From: an uncultured Alphaproteobacteria bacterium
Lineage (GTDB): Bacteria > Pseudomonadota > Alphaproteobacteria > HIMB59 > GCA-002718135
Assembly: GCA_902620285.1 (NCBI GenBank)
Contig: CACNHT010000004.1
Span: 2,651 to 66,650, forward strand
Direction of reading: 5' to 3'
Length of the DNA: 64,000 bases
This document shows positions 57,652 to 64,000 of this stretch, piece by piece; the first letter of the stretch is position 1; each line of letters opens with the position of its first letter. The notes under the pieces are model-generated. The model did no database searches. It saw nothing but the letters and a program-made list of their open reading frames with translations, and had not been told where the DNA came from. The translations under genes were made by a program, and so were the position numbers.

Positions 57652-59317
57652 TAATTTACAACTAAATGATTTTAATGAAGGACTACACTTTTTATCTCTT
57701 GGAGGTATTGGAGAAATAGGTGCAAATTGTTATCTTTACGGATGTGATGGAAAATGGATAATGATAGATTTAGGTCTTTCATTTGCAGATGAAAAGTTTC
57801 CTGGTGTAGATTTATTAGTACCAAAAATTGATCATATTGAAAGTTTAGAAGATAATCTCGAGGCAATTATAATCAGCCATGGTCATGAAGATCATGCAGG
57901 AGCTGTTGCATTCTTAGCAAATAAAATTAAATGTCCAGTATATGCAAGTAAATTTGTAAAATTTCTTATTGAAAATAGGCTAAAAGAATTCAATAAAGTA
58001 GAAGGATTTACTTTAGAAGAGATAAATCTAGAAAAGAAATTAATACTCAATAATTTTGATATAAGTTTTATTCCAACTACACACTCAATTCCTGAACCAA
58101 CTGCAATTGTAATTAAAACAACATATGGATCATTACTTCATACTGCTGATTGGAAAATAGATCATTCACCTACTTTAGGAGACTCATTTTTAAAAGAAAA
58201 ATTTGAAAAATTAGGAAATGATGGATTACTTGCCTTAATAGGTGACTCTACTAACGCAAATGTGCCTGGCAAATCAGAATCTGAAAGTGACGTTAGGGAT
58301 GAACTGACAAGTATATTTTCAAGATTTTCTAATAGAATTGTTGTTACCTGTTTTTCTTCAAATATTGCAAGAATGAAAAATATTATTCATGCAGCAAAAA
58401 AAAATAAAAGAAAGGTCGCTCTTGTTGGTAGGAGTATGAAAAAAAATATCGAAGTAGCAAGAAAATGTGGTTATGTTGCAGATGATGAAATTTTTATCAG
58501 TGAAGATGAAGCTTCTTATATACCAAGAGAAAATTTAGTCATAATTTGTACTGGAAGTCAGGGTGAAAAAAGATCTGCGCTTTTCAGAATAGCTTATAAT
58601 TCTCATCAACATTTACATTTAGAGCCTGAAGATGTAGTAATTTTTAGTTCTAGAGATATTCCTGGTAATGAAAAATCAATAAATAATTTAAAGAACTTAC
58701 TTGTTAGACAAAGAGTTGAGATAGTAACAGCTGATGATGATTTAGTACATGTTTCAGGTCATGGTTATGCAGATGAAATAAAACAAATGTATAATTGGAC
58801 AAAACCCTACCTATCTATTCCTGTGCATGGTGAACCCATGCATCTAGAAGCGCATAAACAATTATCTTACTCATCTCAAGTGCCATTTACTAAAATTTTA
58901 GAAAATGGAAAATGTCTCAAAATTGCACCTGGTGAACCTCAAATTGTAGAAAAATTTGAAACTGGAAAGTTAATTGTTGAGGGTAAAAATCTTTATGACT
59001 CTGAATCTGCATTTATTAAAGAGAGAAGGAAATATTCATTTGAGGGGTTAGTTTTAATTTCTTTAATTATCAATGATGATGACTATTCAATTAATAAAAA
59101 TATGTTACTTACCTTAAAAGGATTGCCAGGAATAGATGAAGAAAATATTAAAAGTGATTTTAAAATACTCTTTATAGAAAACTTTACAAAACTTAACAAA
59201 GATCAAAAATCATCAGATCTTATAGTATCTGACTTAGTTAAAAGTAGTTTTAGAAAGATTATCAAAAATTCAATTCAAAAAAAACCAGAAATTGAAGTTC
59301 ATTTAATACGATCTTAA
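57644..59317 (+). CDS. rnj: Ribonuclease J (metallo-beta-lactamase / beta-CASP family)
   Basis: 557 aa. HGHEDHAG, a GDSTNA-type motif and VHVSGHG. Sits in the conserved alphaproteobacterial position after coaX. Confidence 0.88.
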   Translation: MSNNLQLNDFNEGLHFLSLGGIGEIGANCYLYGCDGKWIMIDLGLSFADEKFPGVDLLVPKIDHIESLEDNLEAIIISHGHEDHAGAVAFLANKIKCPVYASKFVKFLIENRLKEFNKVEGFTLEEINLEKKLILNNFDISFIPTTHSIPEPTAIVIKTTYGSLLHTADWKIDHSPTLGDSFLKEKFEKLGNDGLLALIGDSTNANVPGKSESESDVRDELTSIFSRFSNRIVVTCFSSNIARMKNIIHAAKKNKRKVALVGRSMKKNIEVARKCGYVADDEIFISEDEASYIPRENLVIICTGSQGEKRSALFRIAYNSHQHLHLEPEDVVIFSSRDIPGNEKSINNLKNLLVRQRVEIVTADDDLVHVSGHGYADEIKQMYNWTKPYLSIPVHGEPMHLEAHKQLSYSSQVPFTKILENGKCLKIAPGEPQIVEKFETGKLIVEGKNLYDSESAFIKERRKYSFEGLVLISLIINDDDYSINKNMLLTLKGLPGIDEENIKSDFKILFIENFTKLNKDQKSSDLIVSDLVKSSFRKIIKNSIQKKPEIEVHLIRS

Positions 59318-59550
59318 TGGCACTTTTTACCCATGTTCTAATTTTTATCCTTGTTTGGTGGATTTTATTTTTCATACTCCTACCGATTAAGATAAAAGTA
59401 CCCCAAAAAGTAGAATCTGGACATGCAAAAAGTGCTCCGAGTAAGCCATATCTTCTAATAAAATTTATAGCAACTTCATTAATAGCAGCTTTAATTTTAT
59501 TTTTTTTGATTTTATTTGGATTTGATTTATCAAATATATTTAATAAATGA
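59317..59550 (+). CDS. Small two-TM membrane protein (DUF1467-like)
   Basis: 77 aa with two hydrophobic helices. Translationally coupled on both sides (ATG overlaps the rnj stop; its stop overlaps the proS start). The family name is recalled from its conserved position between rnj and proS in alphaproteobacteria. Confidence 0.5.
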   Translation: MALFTHVLIFILVWWILFFILLPIKIKVPQKVESGHAKSAPSKPYLLIKFIATSLIAALILFFLILFGFDLSNIFNK

Positions 59551-60842
59551 AATATTCTAATTTTTTTCTTCCCACCATTAAAGATGCACCATCAGATGCT
59601 GAAATAATTTCACATAAATTAATGATCAGAGCAGGTATGATTAAGCAATCTAGTGCAGGTATTTATTCTTGGTTACCATTAGGTTTACTTGTATTAAAAA
59701 AAATTGAACAGATTGTCCGAGAAGAACAAAATAATGCAGGAGCAATAGAACTGCTTATGCCTACGATACAATCTTCTGATTTATGGATTAAATCAGGAAG
59801 ATATGATGATTATGGAAAAGAAATGTTGAGGATTACAGATCGAAGTGGAAGAGATATGCTATACGGCCCAACAAATGAAGAATTAATTACTGATATATTT
59901 CAATCACATGTTAATTCTTACAAAGATCTTCCAAAAAACCTTTATCATATTCAATGGAAATTCCGAGATGAAGTAAGGCCTAGGTTTGGAGTAATGCGAG
60001 GAAGAGAATTCTTAATGAAGGATAATTATTCATTTGATCTTGATGAAAACGAAGCAAAAAAATCTTATGACAATATGTTTAAAGCATACATAAAAACTTT
60101 TATTAGAATGGGTTTAACACCAATTTCTTTAAGAGCGGAAACTGGACCAATTGGCGGTAACTTAAGTCATGAATTTCAAATACTAGCTAAGACTGGTGAA
60201 AGTACACTTTATTATGATAAAAAATTAGAAACACTAAACCCTGAAACTATAGATCCAAATGACTTACAGTCATATTATGCTGCAGTTGATGATCAACATG
60301 ATGAAAAAAATTGCCCAATTTCAAATGAAGATTTAAAAATTTCTAAGGGCATTGAAGTGGGTCATATATTTTATTTTGGAACAAAATATTCTGAGAAATT
60401 AAACGCATTTGTTCAAGATAAAAGTGGGAAAAATGTTCCAGTACATATGGGATCATATGGCATTGGTGTTTCAAGACTTGTGGGTGCAATTATAGAAGCT
60501 TATCATGATGAAAAAGGAATTAGATGGCCTTTAGAAGTTGCTCCATTTAAGGTTTCCATAGTTAATTTAATGCCAGAAGATCAAGATTGTGCCACAAAAT
60601 CATCAGAGTATTATGAATATTTTATGAAAAATAATATTGAAGTCATTTTAGATGATAGAATCTGCAGTATAGGAAAAAAATTATCTGATAATGAGTTAAT
60701 TGGGACACCATATCAAATTATTATTGGCAAAAGAGATTTAAAAGATAATTTAGTAGAAATAAAAAATCGCCAAAATAATGAAAGTGAAAAAATTTCATCC
60801 AGTAGTGTAATTGATTTTATTAATAATAAGTTAAAAAAATAG
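59547..60842 (+). CDS. proS: Prolyl-tRNA synthetase (short alphaproteobacterial form without the INS editing domain)
   Basis: 431 aa. Class II motifs FRDEVRPRFGVMRGREFLMKD, GIEVGHIFYFGTKYS and MGSYGIGVSRL. Confidence 0.95.
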   Translation: MKYSNFFLPTIKDAPSDAEIISHKLMIRAGMIKQSSAGIYSWLPLGLLVLKKIEQIVREEQNNAGAIELLMPTIQSSDLWIKSGRYDDYGKEMLRITDRSGRDMLYGPTNEELITDIFQSHVNSYKDLPKNLYHIQWKFRDEVRPRFGVMRGREFLMKDNYSFDLDENEAKKSYDNMFKAYIKTFIRMGLTPISLRAETGPIGGNLSHEFQILAKTGESTLYYDKKLETLNPETIDPNDLQSYYAAVDDQHDEKNCPISNEDLKISKGIEVGHIFYFGTKYSEKLNAFVQDKSGKNVPVHMGSYGIGVSRLVGAIIEAYHDEKGIRWPLEVAPFKVSIVNLMPEDQDCATKSSEYYEYFMKNNIEVILDDRICSIGKKLSDNELIGTPYQIIIGKRDLKDNLVEIKNRQNNESEKISSSSVIDFINNKLKK

Positions 60843-62093
60843 ATGATTTCTAAATCAGAACGATTACTGATTTTTAGGTTTTTATTTTCTAAGAAATCTG
60901 ATGGCTATGTGTCTATTTTCGCTTGGTTTTCAATAATAGGTATTAGTTTAGGAGTAGCAGCAATTATTATAGTAATGTCTGTTATGAATGGTTTTAGAAT
61001 TGATCTAACTAACAGAATAATTGGACTTAATTCACACCTTAATATTTATAGTTTTGATAATGAGATAACAAATAAGCAAGCTGATGATCTCATATTGAAT
61101 ATTGATAATTCTTTTTTTTACCAATACTACAAATCTATTGAAACAAATGGATTAATTATAAAATCAAATAACTCTAAAGGTGTTATGATCAAAGGCTATG
61201 ATGCATATGATAAAAATCATTATTTGTTTAATTCAATTAATATGGGTGCATTAATTCAAAATCCAAAAAGTGAAATATTGATTGGAGACTCCTTAGCGCA
61301 CGAATTGAATTTAAGCATAGGGGATAAGGTTAAAATAGCAATTCCAAAGACTGATAAAACAATATTAGGAAATATTCCAAGATTTAAAACATTGGAGGTA
61401 GTAGGTATATTTGATCTAGGTTTATATGAATATGATTCAAATTTAATTTTTTTATCTTCAGAACTTGTTAGAAAATTACTCTTATATGATGAAGATATAT
61501 ATAACAAAATTGAATTCTTTACATCATCTCCTAATGAAATTGAATTATTTAAAAATAAAGTAGAATTAGAAACATCTAATCTTTTATTAAATTTTTATTC
61601 AATATCTTGGAAGGATCAAAACAAAACTTTAATAAATGCACTTAAGGTGGAAAAGAATGTTATGTTTATTATTCTTTCTTTAATTATTTTAGTTGCATCA
61701 TTAAATATAATTTCAGGATTAATTATATTTGTAAAAGAAAAAAACAAAGATATCGGAATTTTGAAAACTATAGGAATGAGTAATAAAAGTATTATAAAAA
61801 TATTTTTTACTATTGGAATCTCAATTGGTTTAATAGGATCTTTAATAGGATTAATAATTGGAATTCTTTTCACAATAAATATTAAATCAATTCAAAGTTT
61901 TTTAGAATATTTACTTGGAACAAAACTGTTTTCTGAAGAAGTTTATTATTTATCGTCTTTACCTTCTAAAATTAGCGTAAATGAGGTAGTGTACGTACTT
62001 TGTGTAGCAACAATCATATCAATTATATCAACTATTTTTCCAGCTTTAAGTTCAGCCAGAATAGATCCTATTAAGAGTTTAAGAAGTGAATAA
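60843..62093 (+). CDS. Lipoprotein-releasing ABC transporter permease (LolC/LolE family)
   Basis: 416 aa. N-terminal TM segment, large periplasmic MacB-like domain, and a C-terminal FtsX-type 3-TM bundle. Followed by lolD. Confidence 0.88.
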   Translation: MISKSERLLIFRFLFSKKSDGYVSIFAWFSIIGISLGVAAIIIVMSVMNGFRIDLTNRIIGLNSHLNIYSFDNEITNKQADDLILNIDNSFFYQYYKSIETNGLIIKSNNSKGVMIKGYDAYDKNHYLFNSINMGALIQNPKSEILIGDSLAHELNLSIGDKVKIAIPKTDKTILGNIPRFKTLEVVGIFDLGLYEYDSNLIFLSSELVRKLLLYDEDIYNKIEFFTSSPNEIELFKNKVELETSNLLLNFYSISWKDQNKTLINALKVEKNVMFIILSLIILVASLNIISGLIIFVKEKNKDIGILKTIGMSNKSIIKIFFTIGISIGLIGSLIGLIIGILFTINIKSIQSFLEYLLGTKLFSEEVYYLSSLPSKISVNEVVYVLCVATIISIISTIFPALSSARIDPIKSLRSE

Positions 62094-62775
62094 CAAATAT
62101 TTATTAGAGATATCTAGTTTAGGTAAACATTATTCTAATGAAAATAATTTAAAAATTGAGATAATTAAAAATCTGAATTTTAAATTAATGCAAAACACAA
62201 AAGTTGCGATTGTTGGACCTTCAGGTTCAGGCAAAACTACTTTTCTTAATATTATTGGTTTACTTGATTCTGAATATGATGGAAAAGTTTATTTTAAGAA
62301 TAAAGATATTTCTTTATGCCCTAAAGATGAAACAAATAAAATTAGAGGATTATCAATTGGTTTTATTCATCAATTTTTTCATCTGATTCCTGAACTCACT
62401 GTTATCGAGAATGTTATGCTTCCATTATTAATAAATAAAAATGAAAAGAAAAGTTATGAAATATCTAAAAAACTACTTCTTGAATTTGGCTTAGATGAAA
62501 GGATTAATTATAAACCTTTAAAGTTATCAGGAGGAGAACAACAAAGAGTCGCTATTGCAAGATCATTAGTTAACAATCCAGATTTAATATTAGCTGATGA
62601 GATGACTGGAAATCTTGATGAAGATACTGCTAACAACATTTTTAAATTTTTTATAAATTATATCGAACAAAATAAAAAAACTTTAGTATATGTTACTCAT
62701 AACAAAACTTATTCTTTACTAGCTGATGAAATTTATTATTTTAAAAACAAGAATATACAATTAAAGAATGAATAA
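62086..62775 (+). CDS. lolD: Lipoprotein-releasing ABC transporter ATP-binding protein
   Basis: 229 aa. Walker [10 protein letters not shown], signature [13 protein letters not shown], Walker [12 protein letters not shown]. Confidence 0.9.
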   Translation: MNNKYLLEISSLGKHYSNENNLKIEIIKNLNFKLMQNTKVAIVGPSGSGKTTFLNIIGLLDSEYDGKVYFKNKDISLCPKDETNKIRGLSIGFIHQFFHLIPELTVIENVMLPLLINKNEKKSYEISKKLLLEFGLDERINYKPLKLSGGEQQRVAIARSLVNNPDLILADEMTGNLDEDTANNIFKFFINYIEQNKKTLVYVTHNKTYSLLADEIYYFKNKNIQLKNE

Positions 62776-64000
62776 TCCTTTTATTCATTTACGATCTTTA
62801 TCTTCATATTCATTATCTGAAAGTACTCTAAAAATTAATAATTTAGTAGATCTTGCTAAAAAAAATGACATGCCTGCAATTGCCATTACAGATAATAATA
62901 ATATGTTTGGAGTCTTTGAGTTTTCAAAAGAATGCGTAAAAAATAATATTCAACCTATAATTGGGACTTCAATAAATTTATTAGATGTTGTTGTAAATAA
63001 ACAAATTTCCCAAGTTACATTTTTAGTCAAAAATGAAATCGGGTATAGAAATCTATTAGAATTAAGCTCACTTTCTCATCTTAATGAAGGAAATTATGTT
63101 GGTATATACTTTTCACAATTAGAGAAATTTTCTGAAGGTTTATTCTGTTATGTAGGTGGTGAATTTAATCCTCTACTTTTATTAAACAAAGAAAACAAAA
63201 AAAATGATATCATTCAATTAATAAGTAATTTTAAAAAAGTTTTTAAGCAAAATTTTCTTTTTGAAATTCAAAGAATAAATGATCAAAATATTGATGTTTT
63301 TGAAAAAGAATTTATTAATTTATCAAAAGAATTTGACATATCCCTTATTGGCTCAAATAATATTAAGTATGCTAATAAAGATGATTATTCAGCTCATGAT
63401 GCATTATTATGTATTGCTCAAAAATCTACAATTAATAATTCTCAAAGAAATACATCAAATGAAAATATTTATTTTAAGTCAAATGATGAAATGTATTCAA
63501 ATTTTGAAGATATTCCTGAGATAATACAAAATAATTTAAATGTTTCTCTTTCTTGTAATTATTTTCCTGAGTCAACAAAACCACAATTACCTGAATTTAA
63601 AAATGATTTAAATCTATCAGCAGAAGATTTTTTATTAAAATCCTCAGAACAGGGACTTGAAAAAAAAATAAAAGAAAAGAATGTTAAGAATATAAAAATT
63701 TATAGCGATAGATTGAAATATGAAAATGAAATAATAATTAGAATGGGTTTTGCAGGGTACTTTTTAATAGTATCAGATTTTGTTAATTGGGCTAAAAAGC
63801 AGCTTATTCCTGTTGGTCCCGGAAGAGGATCTGGTGCAGGCAGTTTAGTAGCTTGGTGTTTAGGAATTACTGATTTAGATCCAATAGAGTATGAATTATT
63901 ATTTGAAAGATTCTTAAATCCAGAAAGAGTGTCAATGCCTGATTTTGACATAGATTTTTGTCAAACTAGAAGAGATGAAGTTATAGAATATGTAAATAAT
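62768..64000 (+). CDS. dnaE: DNA polymerase III alpha subunit, 5' part (runs off the window; not in the ORF track)
   Basis: ATG 62768 overlaps the lolD stop, and the frame is open to 64000 (411 codons). PHP domain [19 protein letters not shown]...[12 protein letters not shown], then [69 protein letters not shown]. Confidence 0.95.
   Translation, partial: MNNPFIHLRSLSSYSLSESTLKINNLVDLAKKNDMPAIAITDNNNMFGVFEFSKECVKNNIQPIIGTSINLLDVVVNKQISQVTFLVKNEIGYRNLLELSSLSHLNEGNYVGIYFSQLEKFSEGLFCYVGGEFNPLLLLNKENKKNDIIQLISNFKKVFKQNFLFEIQRINDQNIDVFEKEFINLSKEFDISLIGSNNIKYANKDDYSAHDALLCIAQKSTINNSQRNTSNENIYFKSNDEMYSNFEDIPEIIQNNLNVSLSCNYFPESTKPQLPEFKNDLNLSAEDFLLKSSEQGLEKKIKEKNVKNIKIYSDRLKYENEIIIRMGFAGYFLIVSDFVNWAKKQLIPVGPGRGSGAGSLVAWCLGITDLDPIEYELLFERFLNPERVSMPDFDIDFCQTRRDEVIEYVNN

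Noticed and set aside
63279-63951. 81-aa (+) and 83-aa (-) ORFs near the right edge
   Set aside because: Both lie inside the open dnaE frame (62768 to beyond 64000), whose translation carries unmistakable Pol III alpha motifs.

Overview
This is an AT-rich (about 30% G+C by eye), very gene-dense alphaproteobacterial chromosome segment. Many start/stop codons overlap, and I saw no IS elements, integrases, prophage genes or CRISPR arrays. The right two thirds is conserved housekeeping synteny: aminotransferase-glnB-glnA, parE, glpK, tRNA-His, tRNA-Leu, tig-clpP-clpX-lon-hupB, tRNA-Val, tRNA-Asp, nuoA-N, birA-coaX-rnj-DUF1467-proS-lolCE-lolD-dnaE. This order plus the streamlining resembles SAR11/Pelagibacterales-type marine genomes; that assignment is inference only. 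The left third holds the unusual content: one co-directional, tightly packed gene string (3170-18624). It encodes a CUT1-type sugar ABC binding protein and two permeases but no ATPase. These are followed by FOUR tandem ~2.2-kb paralogues, each a ~720-aa cytoplasmic fusion of an ADP-ribosylglycohydrolase (ARH/DraG-fold) catalytic domain with two beta-sandwich, lectin/CBM-like modules. An aldo/keto reductase, an MFS-like transporter, a C-N hydrolase and a methyltransferase complete the string. The paralogues keep the ARH metal-ligand motifs with an invariant DTDC variant. They show mosaic, gene-conversion-like relationships, and they diverge most in the non-catalytic modules. I consider this the best candidate for an undescribed system, probably uptake and deglycosylation or deribosylation of an unknown substrate family. 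Other notable items: two tandem glutamine-riboswitch (glnA RNA motif) aptamers plus a terminator-like hairpin between glnB and glnA; a PII protein with a divergent T-loop; a divergent MntR / MntX-like manganese module with a palindromic operator; a 59-aa YacG-like ORF missing from the ORF track and overlapping the infA stop; and a canonical G-1/C73 tRNA-His. All calls come from reading the sequence and translations, and no searches were run.
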